This document shows positions 7,579 through 16,177 of a DNA stretch of 64,000 bases, piece by piece. The position numbers and the translations under genes are program-made. The notes beneath the pieces were generated by a model. It was not told where the DNA came from and did not search any database. It saw only the letters and a list, made by a program, of their open reading frames with translations. Location of the stretch: positions 1 to 64,000 of the forward strand of contig JBDHHQ010000036.1 in assembly GCA_039589315.1 (NCBI GenBank), in the 5' to 3' direction. How positions within the stretch are numbered: the first letter of the stretch is position 1; each line of letters begins with the position of its first letter. The stretch comes from Gemmatimonadota bacterium (lineage in GTDB: Bacteria > Gemmatimonadota > Gemmatimonadetes > Longimicrobiales > Gaopeijiaceae).

Positions 7579-9276
7579 TCAGGAGCTCCGGGGCACGCGG
7601 ATCTCCTCGACCAGCTCCTGGACGTGGGCCGGTGGAGGGGCCGTGACCCGGGACACCGCCAGCGCCACGGCGAAGTTGAGCAGCATGCCCACGGTGCCGA
7701 TGCCCTCGGGTGAGATCCCCATCAGCCAATTGTCCGCGGTGTTCGCTCCCGGATCGACGAACTTGAAGTAGACGATGTACGCTGCCGTAAAGGTGATGCC
7801 GGTGACCATCCCGGCGATGGCGCCCTCCTTGTTCATACGCTTCGAGAAGATCCCGAGGATCATGACAGGGAAGAACGACGAGGCCGCCAGGCCGAAGGCG
7901 AAGGCCACGACCTGGGCGACAAAGCCCGGCGGGTTGATGCCGAGGTATCCGGCCACCAACACCGCGGCGGCCGCGCTCACCCGCGCCGCAACCAGCTCTC
8001 CCCGCTCCCCGATCCCCTTCCAGAACGATCTCTTCAGCAGATCATGGCTCACGGCCGACGACACCACGAGCAGCAGGCCAGCCGCAGTGGACAGCGCCGC
8101 GGCCAGCCCGCCGGCCGCCACGAGGCCCACCACCCAGTTGGGCAGCCGGGCGATCTCGGGGTTGGCGAGCACCATGATGTCCCGATCGATGACCAGCTCG
8201 TTCTGGACCGGCTGGCCGTCCGCGGCGAGCCGAGTGGGCCCGGCATATTGGATGAGCCCGTCGCCGTTGTGGTCGTCGAACCGGATCAGGCCGGTCCGTT
8301 CCCACTTCGTGAACCACTCGGGCACCTCGGCGTAGGCCCGGTCCGAGACGGTGTTGATGAGGTTGGCCCGGGCGAAGACGGCCACAGCGGGTGCCGTCGT
8401 GTACAACAAGGCGATGAAGATCAGCGCCCAGCCCACGGAGATGCGGGCATCCCGAACGCGGGGCACCGTGTAGAAGCGGATGATGACGTGGGGAAGCCCC
8501 GCCGTGCCCACCATGAGGGCCGCCGTGATCATCAACACGTCCAGGGTGGACTTGGTCCCGTCCGTGTAGGGCGCGAAGCCGAGCTCCTGGTGCAGACCGT
8601 TCAGGCGGTCCAGCAGGTACGTCCCGCTGGCTTGCTCCACGCCGCCGAAGCCCAGCTGGGGGATCGGGTTCCCCGTGATCATGAGGGAGAGGAAGATGGC
8701 GGGCACCGTGTAGGCGAAGATCAGCACGCAGTATTGGACGACCTGCGTATAGGTGATGCCCTTCATGCCGCCGACGACCGCGTAGAGGAAGACGATCGCC
8801 ATGCCGATGATCACGCCCGTGGTGATCTCCACCTCCAGGAAGCGACTGAAGACGATGCCGACACCGCGCATCTGACCGGCCACGTAGGTGAACGAGACGA
8901 AGATCGCGCAGACGACCGCCACCACCCTGGCCACCTGGGAGTAGTACCGATCCCCCACGAAATCGGGGACCGTGAACTTGCCGAACTTCCGCAGGTAGGG
9001 CGCCAGCAGGAGCGCCAGCAGGACGTAGCCCCCGGTCCACCCCATCAGATAGACCGAGCCGTCGTACCCCAGGAAGGCGATGAGCCCCGCCATGGAGATG
9101 AACGAGGCCGCCGACATCCAGTCGGCCGCAGTCGCCATACCGTTCGCCACGGGCGACACGCCGGAGCCCGCCACGTAGAAGTCCCGGGTGGATATGGCCT
9201 TGGACCAGAACGCCACCGCGATGTAGAGGGCGAAAGAGGAACCGACGAGGACGAACGTCCATGCCTGGACGCTCAT
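7579..9276 (-). CDS. Sodium:solute symporter (SSS, ActP/VC_2705-like cation/acetate symporter)
   Basis: FYVAG, NGMATAADWMSAASFISMAG, GWTGGY, GTAGLPHVIIRFYTVP. True start MSVQAW at 9276 overlaps the DUF4212 stop. Confidence 0.92.
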   Translation of the reverse strand: MSVQAWTFVLVGSSFALYIAVAFWSKAISTRDFYVAGSGVSPVANGMATAADWMSAASFISMAGLIAFLGYDGSVYLMGWTGGYVLLALLLAPYLRKFGKFTVPDFVGDRYYSQVARVVAVVCAIFVSFTYVAGQMRGVGIVFSRFLEVEITTGVIIGMAIVFLYAVVGGMKGITYTQVVQYCVLIFAYTVPAIFLSLMITGNPIPQLGFGGVEQASGTYLLDRLNGLHQELGFAPYTDGTKSTLDVLMITAALMVGTAGLPHVIIRFYTVPRVRDARISVGWALIFIALLYTTAPAVAVFARANLINTVSDRAYAEVPEWFTKWERTGLIRFDDHNGDGLIQYAGPTRLAADGQPVQNELVIDRDIMVLANPEIARLPNWVVGLVAAGGLAAALSTAAGLLLVVSSAVSHDLLKRSFWKGIGERGELVAARVSAAAAVLVAGYLGINPPGFVAQVVAFAFGLAASSFFPVMILGIFSKRMNKEGAIAGMVTGITFTAAYIVYFKFVDPGANTADNWLMGISPEGIGTVGMLLNFAVALAVSRVTAPPPAHVQELVEEIRVPRSS

Positions 9277-9545
9277 TCGTCCTCCTCCACCCCGTACTCC
9301 CGATCGAGGCGGTTCATGAGGTGCACGTAGATGAAGATCAGCGCCACGAAGACGTAGATGGAGCCCTGCTGCGCGAACCAGAATCCCAGGGGGAAGCCCG
9401 TGCCCGGTATGCGGATCCGGTCGAGGACGTCGACCATCACGATGCCGAAGCCGAAGGACACGAGGAACCACACCGCCAGGAGCGCGGTCACGTAGCGCAG
9501 GTTTCGAGACCAGTAGGCCCGACGGTCGGGCGGACGGGGCGACAT
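9273..9545 (-). CDS. DUF4212 small membrane subunit of the SSS transporter
   Basis: AYWSRNL, two TM helices, GFPLGFWFAQQGSI, MNRLDREYGV; GAGGAG RBS. Confidence 0.9.
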   Translation of the reverse strand: MSPRPPDRRAYWSRNLRYVTALLAVWFLVSFGFGIVMVDVLDRIRIPGTGFPLGFWFAQQGSIYVFVALIFIYVHLMNRLDREYGVEEDE

Positions 9546-9689
9546 GGGCAGCTCCTCTGTCGTGAAGGTGGGACAAGATCGGGCCTCTCCGAGGCCGGGG
9601 CAAAGCGGCGGCAGGAGACCCTTGACCGGTCGGCAGGTCCGGGGGAGCTTGGAGCCGTCCGACGCTCCGCACACCTCCAGGAGATTCAC

Positions 9690-9824
9690 ATGGCCGGCAC
9701 CTCCCTCGTGGAACGGATGAAGGGCGCAGCCCTACTGGACTTCAGCACCGGCATGACCATCATCACGGCGGTCCTCGGCTGGATCCCGTTCGCCGTCATC
9801 ATGGCAATGCTGGGTATGGGCTGA
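9690..9824 (+). pseudogene. 44-aa ORF, probable internally deleted Yip1-family membrane protein
   Basis: AGGAG RBS; MAGTSLVERMKGAALLD|FSTGMTIITAVLGWIPFAVIMAMLGMG looks like the N- and C-termini of a Yip1-like protein fused at LD (family pattern recalled, not searched). Confidence 0.5.
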
Positions 9825-11687
9825 GTGCCGAGCCCCGAAGAGGCTGCCACGGTGGATTCCGACCCCGGCTCACGGGGCTCGATCGCTCTCTACGTCGCCT
9901 TCGCGGTGGCGGCGCTGGGCTTGCACCTGGCCATCGCCGCCTTCGCCTTTCCCGGTGTGCTGTCCGACGGGTTGATCGAGACCGACGGATATCTCCGCCT
10001 GGTGCGCGTCGAGCGCCTCTGGGAGACCGGAGCGTGGTTCGACTCGACGCTGCCGCGCGTCAACGCGCCGTTCGGTGACACCCTGCATTGGACGCGTCCC
10101 TACGACGTGTGGATCCTGCTGGGCGCCCTCCCTCTAATGGGAGCTGCACCCGCCGGAACGGCGATTCACTGGTCCTCCGTCGCCTCGACTCCGATTCTGC
10201 TCGTCCTCGCCTGCCTCCTGGCTGTCTGGGCCATTCGACCGCTCGTGCCGACTCGAGCCCGGCAGCTGGCCATGCTGGTGCTGTTCTTCCAGGCGGGCAT
10301 TCTCATGGTCAGCCTACCCGGGCGCGGCGATCATCACACCCTGATCATCCTCGTGTTCGTCCTGACGTTGGGAGCACTCTTCAGGCTTCTCGGGCCGGAG
10401 TCGACGCCCCGGTTCACGGCTCTGGCCGGGTGCGCGATGGCTCTGGGAATCTGGATCAGTACGGAGTTCCTGGTCGTTTGGGCCGCAGTCCTGTTCGCCT
10501 TGGCGCTTGCCTGGGTCGCCGAGGGTGGGGAAGAGCTCGCCGGACGCGCCCGGACTCTTCTCGTCTGGACGGCCGGCGCGACCTTGTTGGCGCTGGTGAT
10601 CGAGCGCGGGCTCTCGGCCGTCCTCACCGTCGAGCATGACAAGATCTCCATCGCCCACGTGGGTGTGGCCGCTTTGGGCGCCGCTGTCTGGAGCGCGATC
10701 CTGGCTCTCGGTCGGCGTGAAGGACCGGTGGATGCGTTTTGGGGCCGGCTCATGCTCATGGGCGTGGCTGGCGCCGTCTCAGCCGGTACCATCTCGCTCT
10801 TGTTCCCGGGGTTCTTTGCAGGACCTTGGGCCGACCTTCCTCCGGAAGTGAAGCGCTTCCATACCGAGATGATCCGGGAATACCAGCCACTCCTGCCCAC
10901 CCCCGAGGGCATCGGGCAATTCGTTGCGTTCCTGGGCCCGGTCGTGCTGGCACTGGGATATGCGGTCTGGCGGCTGCGCCGGGACCGGGGGACGGACCGC
11001 TGGTCCGCATGGTTATTGCTGACGTGCCTGCTTCTCCTGTACCTGCCTCTGAGCATGCGGAGCCTGCGGTTCGCGCCTCCGGCCGAGGTCCCCGCCGCCA
11101 TCGCTCTGGGGTCAGTCCTGGCGTCGGCGTTTCGGCGCTTCGACGCGCGCTACACGCTCCCGCTACCGGCGGTCCTGAAGGCCTCGAGCACCATGGCGGT
11201 GCTCTGGGGCTTTCTGATCGTCGGCGGACTGCTGACGCCGGAACCCGCCGGACCCCAGTCGGCCAGCGTCGGCCAATGTCGCCTCGACCGCCTCGCCCCA
11301 TTCCTCGAGAGGCCCGACGGGTTGGGCGACCGCAGCAGGATCATCGTGGCGCATCAGGACTTCGGGCCGGAGCTGCTCTATCGGACGCGCCATGCCGTGT
11401 TGGCCACGTCCTTTCACCGGAACATGGACGCGGTACGGGAGGTGCGCCAAATCCTGAGTGGCTCGGATGACGAACGGAGCCGGCAGGCGATCGAGAGACG
11501 GGGCGCGGACCTGATCCTCATCTGCCCTCAAGCGAGAGGCGCCTACTTCAGACCCGCCCCCGAGCAGAACGGTGGGGAGGCGCTGTACGGCCGCATGGTC
11601 CGCGGAGACGCCCCGGAGTGGCTCCGGCCCGTGGCTTTGGCCACGCCCGGCACCGAGGGATTCATGCTCTTCGAAGTGATCCGCTAG
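9825..11687 (+). CDS. STT3/AglB-like GT-C membrane transferase with non-canonical motifs
   Basis: ETDGYLRLVRV, WFD...RVNAPFG..LHWTRPYD, GRGDHH, about 13 TM helices, periplasmic C-domain IVAHQDFGPELL.RTRHAVLA. Confidence 0.7.
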   Translation: MPSPEEAATVDSDPGSRGSIALYVAFAVAALGLHLAIAAFAFPGVLSDGLIETDGYLRLVRVERLWETGAWFDSTLPRVNAPFGDTLHWTRPYDVWILLGALPLMGAAPAGTAIHWSSVASTPILLVLACLLAVWAIRPLVPTRARQLAMLVLFFQAGILMVSLPGRGDHHTLIILVFVLTLGALFRLLGPESTPRFTALAGCAMALGIWISTEFLVVWAAVLFALALAWVAEGGEELAGRARTLLVWTAGATLLALVIERGLSAVLTVEHDKISIAHVGVAALGAAVWSAILALGRREGPVDAFWGRLMLMGVAGAVSAGTISLLFPGFFAGPWADLPPEVKRFHTEMIREYQPLLPTPEGIGQFVAFLGPVVLALGYAVWRLRRDRGTDRWSAWLLLTCLLLLYLPLSMRSLRFAPPAEVPAAIALGSVLASAFRRFDARYTLPLPAVLKASSTMAVLWGFLIVGGLLTPEPAGPQSASVGQCRLDRLAPFLERPDGLGDRSRIIVAHQDFGPELLYRTRHAVLATSFHRNMDAVREVRQILSGSDDERSRQAIERRGADLILICPQARGAYFRPAPEQNGGEALYGRMVRGDAPEWLRPVALATPGTEGFMLFEVIR

Positions 11688-11696
11688 AGGGGGACC

Positions 11697-13037
11697 CTAG
11701 CGCACCAGCCCGTGCTTCGAGATCATCCGGTCGAGGCGCGGTCGGGAGACTCCGAGGATCTTGGCGGCCCGGCTCTTGTTGCCACCGGCCTTCGAGAGGA
11801 TCCGCTGTACGTGGATGCGCTCGACCGCGTCCAGGCTCTCCTCGTCCTTGCCGGCCGCGAACGACTCGGCGCGTGGCCCGAGCGAGAGGTGCTCCAGCGA
11901 GAGGGCCGTGCCCTTGGCCATGACCATGGCTCGGGTGAGGGCGTTCTCCATCTCGCGTACGTTGCCTGGCCAATCGTAGCTGAGCAGGGCGGCCGTGACG
12001 TCGTCGGGGACCGCGGGAACCGCCTCCCCCACCTCGCCGCTGACCTTGGACAGGATGTGCTCCGCGAGGAGCGGGATGTCGCCACGACGTTCCCGCAGGG
12101 GAGGCACGTCGATCTCGATGACCCTCAGGCGGAAGTACAGGTCCTCCCGGAACTCCGCACGCTCCACCATCTCTTCCAGATTCCGGTGCGTGGCGGCGAT
12201 CACCCGAGCCTTGGTTCTCCGCGGCTCCTCGCTTCCGACCGGGTGGAACTCCCGCTCCTGGAGAACCCGAAGGAGCTTGGATTGGAAGGACAAGCTCGTA
12301 TCGCCGATCTCGTCGAGGAAGACCGTGCCAGCCGCCGCCTGCTCGAAGCGTCCCCTCCGGTCCGCCGATGCGCCCGTGAACGAGCCCTTCACGTGTCCGA
12401 AGAGCTCGGACTCCAGCAGGCTTTCGGGGACCGCGGTGCAGTTGATCGCGACGAACGGCTCGGAGGCGTTGGGTGAGTTGGTGTGGATGGTGCGGGCGAT
12501 GAGCTCCTTGCCCGTTCCGGTCTCTCCACGGACGAGGACGGGGGCCCGCGTACGGGCCACCGTTCCGATGAGCTTGTAGACCTCCAGCATCTTCGCGTTC
12601 CGGCCCACCAGCTCGTCCGCGGGCACGTCCGCCATGACGACGTCGGCTCCGTCCCCCGGAACCCGGCTCGCGCGGTCCTTGAAGCACTGCTCGACCACCG
12701 CGTCCACCCGATCGAGGTCCAGGGGCTTGATGAGGTAGTCGTAAGCGCCTTCCTTCATCGCGTCGATGGCGCCCTGCATGATCTCGTACGCGGTGATCAT
12801 GACGACGTCGACATCGGGACAATCGCGACGGACTCGTTGGAGCACGTCGAAGCCGGACAGGCCGGGCATGCGGACGTCGGTGATGACCAGATCGGGTGCG
12901 AAGCTCGAGAGGTTGGACAGCGCGCCTTCGCCGCAGTCCACCGCCATCACGTCGTAGCCGCTCCGGCCCAGGTGCCGATGGAGGGTCTCCCGGTGGGAGA
13001 CGTCGTCCTCGACGATCAGGATCCTGCCTGTGCTCAT
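11697..13037 (-). CDS. Sigma54-dependent response regulator (NtrC/AtoC/PilR family)
   Basis: Receiver (ILIVEDD, TDVRMP), GETGTGKE, GSFTGA, FLDEIGD, WPGNVRE, Fis HTH (GNKSRAAKILG). Confidence 0.95.
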   Translation of the reverse strand: MSTGRILIVEDDVSHRETLHRHLGRSGYDVMAVDCGEGALSNLSSFAPDLVITDVRMPGLSGFDVLQRVRRDCPDVDVVMITAYEIMQGAIDAMKEGAYDYLIKPLDLDRVDAVVEQCFKDRASRVPGDGADVVMADVPADELVGRNAKMLEVYKLIGTVARTRAPVLVRGETGTGKELIARTIHTNSPNASEPFVAINCTAVPESLLESELFGHVKGSFTGASADRRGRFEQAAAGTVFLDEIGDTSLSFQSKLLRVLQEREFHPVGSEEPRRTKARVIAATHRNLEEMVERAEFREDLYFRLRVIEIDVPPLRERRGDIPLLAEHILSKVSGEVGEAVPAVPDDVTAALLSYDWPGNVREMENALTRAMVMAKGTALSLEHLSLGPRAESFAAGKDEESLDAVERIHVQRILSKAGGNKSRAAKILGVSRPRLDRMISKHGLVR

Positions 13038-13121
13038 GGGTCGATCCCACCCTTGTCGTAAGCTGGGGTCAACCGTCCCCACCTCTGGTTTTCGTCCCAC
13101 TGCTGTCGCCAGTGGAGGGCG

Positions 13122-14993
13122 TCACGCGTCCGTCCGCCCGGCGGGTGCCGACCTCGGCAACCAGCTCCTCGGACCGGCGCTCGACCCGCCGCCCGAGCCG
13201 GACGGCTCGGGATTCGCGCTCGGTGCCTCCGGTGCTCCCGCTTCCGATTCGTCGCCGTCCTGGCTGAGCGGCAGCTCCACCACGAACTCCGTGCCGGCGT
13301 CGAGCTCCGAGTGCATGTCAAAGTAGAGCCTACCGCCGTGGTCTTCCACCGTACGCAACGCGACCGAGAGGCCAATGCCGGAGCCGTCGGGCTTCGTGGT
13401 GAAGAACGGCTCGAAGATGCGGTCCCGAACGGCGGGTGGGATGCCAGAGCCGTCATCCGCGACATGAACCTCCACCGCTGCCTTCGCTGGGTCGGCGTTA
13501 ACCGACCAGACGCGGAGCGTGCCCCCGGTCGGCATTGCGTCGGCCGCGTTCAGGAACAGGTTCAGGAATACACCCTTGAGCTGGCCCATGTCGGCGGAGA
13601 CGGTGTCCTTCGCCTCCAGGCGGGTCTCCACGGTGATGCCGTGCCGGGTGAGCTCCGGGCCCACCAGCTCCACGGCTTCCTCGATGACGGTGTGCAGGGA
13701 TCCCGCCGCCGTGATCTCGGGAGGGCGAGATCGGCCCAGTTGCAGGACACTGGAAACGACCCGCTCGAGCCTACCGACTTCCCTCAAGCAGATTTCGATC
13801 TCTCCCGCTGTGTCCTCCGGCAGATCTCCTCGGTCGACCTCCCGGGAGAGGCTCTGGAGGTTGAGCTTGATGGAGCTGAGTGGATTCCGGATCTCGTGTG
13901 CCAGGTGCGACGCCAGCTCGCCGATGACCGCCATACGGCTGTTTCGGTCGATGTGCTGCATCATTCTACGGATCCGGTCCGCCATCCGCCCAATGGCCAG
14001 AGAGAGCCGACCCACCTCGTCCTCGCCGGGGGGAGGGAGCCAGGGATTCAGCTCGCCCTCGCCGATGCGGTCGGCCGCGGCGCTCAGCTCCTCGAGCGAG
14101 CGCATGAATCGGTTGATCAGCAGGCTGAAAGCCAGGGCCGTGGAGAAGGCGACGAGCAGCACGAAGAGCGCGTAGCTGCTCTGGAGCTGGCGGAACGGGC
14201 CGAGGAAGTCCGCCATGCCGGCCGTCACCACCACCGTCCAGGCCGGCGAGTCGAGGTTCACGAACGCCGCCACCCGCTCCTGACCCCCGTCCCTGAACCT
14301 GTAGCGGCCACTCGGAGCGGACAGGAAGATCCGGCCCTCGGCCTCACCCAGAGAGGCCAGCAGCTCGGCCGCGTCGGTGTACGCGTCGCAGCCGGCTACG
14401 TGGAGGAGCGCGTCCCGGGTCCGGTCCAGGACTACCGTGGTGCCGTCGCCGCCCAGACGCGTGCGCAGACTCTGCCGATCGAAGAGGGTAGCCAGGGACA
14501 CGGTCCCCGACACCCGCCCCACGAACGCCCCGTCACCGCCGAGCAGATCCTGGCTCAGCGTCAGGTCCGAGCCCCAGGCGGCGACCAGGCAAGCCTCCGG
14601 CGCAATCTCCGGCACCTCTTCTCCTGTGATCGTATGGAGCAATTCGCCATCGGCGCGGCGAATCGCCACGGAGCTGAACCCGTCTTCCACCAGCGTCGCG
14701 AGGTCCTGCAGCCACGGCTCGTCGGCAGCCTGGGGCAGGGCAGCCGCTCCGGCGTCGCCCGTCGCCAGGCTCGCTACTGAGGCGCTGGCCGCGAGCTCGG
14801 CGAGCTGGCGATGCAGACTCTCGAACGAGCCCGCCAGCTCTGTGGCCGCCTCGGCGGCGGCGGCGTCCACATTGCGCTGGACCAGCTCGGTGAAGGCGCC
14901 ACGGGATTGGACGTACGCGAAGCCCGCCACCGTGATGAGCGGCGCAATGGCGAGGGTGGCGAACAGTACGAGGATTCTCGTCCGTAGCGACAT
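13122..14993 (-). CDS. Sensor histidine kinase (2 TM, periplasmic Cache-like sensor, HAMP, HisKA, HATPase)
   Basis: DEVGRL HAMP, LAHEIRNPL, NLFLNAADAM, DDGSGI, FFTTKPDGSGIGL; alternative start 15047. Confidence 0.93.
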   Translation of the reverse strand: MSLRTRILVLFATLAIAPLITVAGFAYVQSRGAFTELVQRNVDAAAAEAATELAGSFESLHRQLAELAASASVASLATGDAGAAALPQAADEPWLQDLATLVEDGFSSVAIRRADGELLHTITGEEVPEIAPEACLVAAWGSDLTLSQDLLGGDGAFVGRVSGTVSLATLFDRQSLRTRLGGDGTTVVLDRTRDALLHVAGCDAYTDAAELLASLGEAEGRIFLSAPSGRYRFRDGGQERVAAFVNLDSPAWTVVVTAGMADFLGPFRQLQSSYALFVLLVAFSTALAFSLLINRFMRSLEELSAAADRIGEGELNPWLPPPGEDEVGRLSLAIGRMADRIRRMMQHIDRNSRMAVIGELASHLAHEIRNPLSSIKLNLQSLSREVDRGDLPEDTAGEIEICLREVGRLERVVSSVLQLGRSRPPEITAAGSLHTVIEEAVELVGPELTRHGITVETRLEAKDTVSADMGQLKGVFLNLFLNAADAMPTGGTLRVWSVNADPAKAAVEVHVADDGSGIPPAVRDRIFEPFFTTKPDGSGIGLSVALRTVEDHGGRLYFDMHSELDAGTEFVVELPLSQDGDESEAGAPEAPSANPEPSGSGGGSSAGPRSWLPRSAPAGRTDA

Positions 14994-15227
14994 ATCGGCC
15001 TTGAGGGGAATCGCGAACTGGCTGTGGACGGTGGCTGCAACCGTCATGCCCGACCCGGGCGGTCAACGCCAGTTTCGCACCGACCGGAGCCTCGATCTAC
15101 CCCGCGAGGTGAGGCGTCGATCCGGCACGGTTGCGGGGCGGCGACAAAGAAACATTTGTTTTTTCCCGTCGAGGGCGCAAGATTGGTTGACGGCAGGTGG
15201 GGAAGGCGGAGACGGCAGGGGCGTGCC

Positions 15228-15313
15228 TGTAACGGTCTGCCCGAGCGTCTATGTCACGTTCCGTTGCAAGAGCGGATCGGACGAAGGCGCCCACAGAGTG
15301 TGAATTGTCAACG
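15228..15313. promoter_or_regulatory. Candidate enhancer (UAS) sites for the sigma54 activator
   Basis: TGTAACGG (15228), TGTCACGT (15252), TGTCAACG (15306), and CCGTTGCA (15261), a 7/8 inverted match to TGTAACGG. Confidence 0.35.
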
Positions 15314-15344
15314 TTTTCAGGGGTTTCCGGAGCGGGATCGAGTC

Positions 15345-15360
15345 TGGCACGGAGCTTGTC
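15345..15360 (+). promoter_or_regulatory. Sigma54 -24/-12 promoter of the flp/tad operon
   Basis: TGGCAC-GGAGC-TTGT versus consensus TGGCAC-N5-TTGC; about 100 nt upstream of flp1, next to a divergent sigma54 activator. Confidence 0.7.
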
Positions 15361-15458
15361 TCCTCTCTGCGCGTCAAGCGACTCGTAGGTGCGGCGACCG
15401 GATTGGCTGGTTGCCGCGAACCTCCCCGCGAAGGCCGCTAGGCCGGAGGAGAAACAGC

Positions 15459-15650
15459 ATGATCCAGTTGTGGGAGAGCTTCTGGGCGGACGATTCGGGA
15501 CAGGGACTCGTTGAGTACGTCCTGATCATCGCCCTGGTCGCGATCGGCTTGATTGCGATCATCACCGTTTTCCGGAACGCCATCGGACGAATCTTCAAGG
15601 TCATCTCCGATACGTTGAACGCCGCCCCCACGGGTAGCTACGGAACCTGA
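15459..15650 (+). CDS. flp: Flp/Fap type IVc pilin 1
   Basis: GGAGGAG RBS; G/QGLVEY Flp motif followed by a hydrophobic helix; 63 aa. Confidence 0.95.
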   Translation: MIQLWESFWADDSGQGLVEYVLIIALVAIGLIAIITVFRNAIGRIFKVISDTLNAAPTGSYGT

Positions 15651-15668
15651 CGGAAAGACGGTCCGATT

Positions 15669-15702
15669 CGGGTCGTGCGGCGGTTCACCGCCGCGCGGCC
15701 CG
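15669..15702 (+). other. Stem-loop downstream of flp1
   Basis: 15-bp stem (2 G-U), TTCA loop, no U-tract. Confidence 0.6.
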
Positions 15703-15761
15703 GTCGACCGGCGACTGGCTCGATCTCCTCCAGAGGCCTTCGTCAACGAAAGGACAGAGAG

Positions 15762-15953
15762 ATGATGAGGCTCCTGGAAAACCTGTGGAATGAGGACGCC
15801 GGGCAGGGCCTGGTGGAGTACGTGCTGATTATCGCGCTGGTCGCGATCGGCTTGATCGCGATCATTACCGTCTTCCGGAACGCCATCGGGCGGATCTTCA
15901 AGGTGATCTCCGATACGCTGAACGCCGCTCCGACGGGCTCGTACGGAACCTGA
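15762..15953 (+). CDS. flp: Flp/Fap type IVc pilin 2
   Basis: AAGGA RBS; G/QGLVEY; mature 49 aa identical to pilin 1. Confidence 0.95.
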   Translation: MMRLLENLWNEDAGQGLVEYVLIIALVAIGLIAIITVFRNAIGRIFKVISDTLNAAPTGSYGT

Positions 15954-15964
15954 TGAACGCTTAG

Positions 15965-16025
15965 GTCGTAGCTCGATCCGGGTCGTCCCGCGGCCTCCGC
16001 TGGATGACCCGGATCGATCTACGAC
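15965..16025 (+). other. Long stem-loop downstream of flp2
   Basis: 24-bp outer stem (1 mismatch, 1 G-U) plus a 4-bp inner stem; no U-tract. Confidence 0.65.
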
Positions 16026-16177
16026 TCCCAGGTAAACATTCGTTCCGGACGGATCGTGCCGGCACGAGCATCTGACGAGGAAGGCGACATGCTGAGGCGA
16101 GTCACGATCGAAAGAGCGGCTCGTGGTTGGAGCCTCGGATGGGTCGTCCGACAACAGATACGTCGGATAGGAACAGT

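Noticed and set aside
9277..9672. N-terminal extension of the 697-aa symporter ORF
   Set aside because: It overlaps the DUF4212 gene in another frame; the real start at 9276 has an ATGA overlap
16072..16113. Hammerhead-like CTGACGA...GAAA
   Set aside because: Stem II and the flanking stems do not pair
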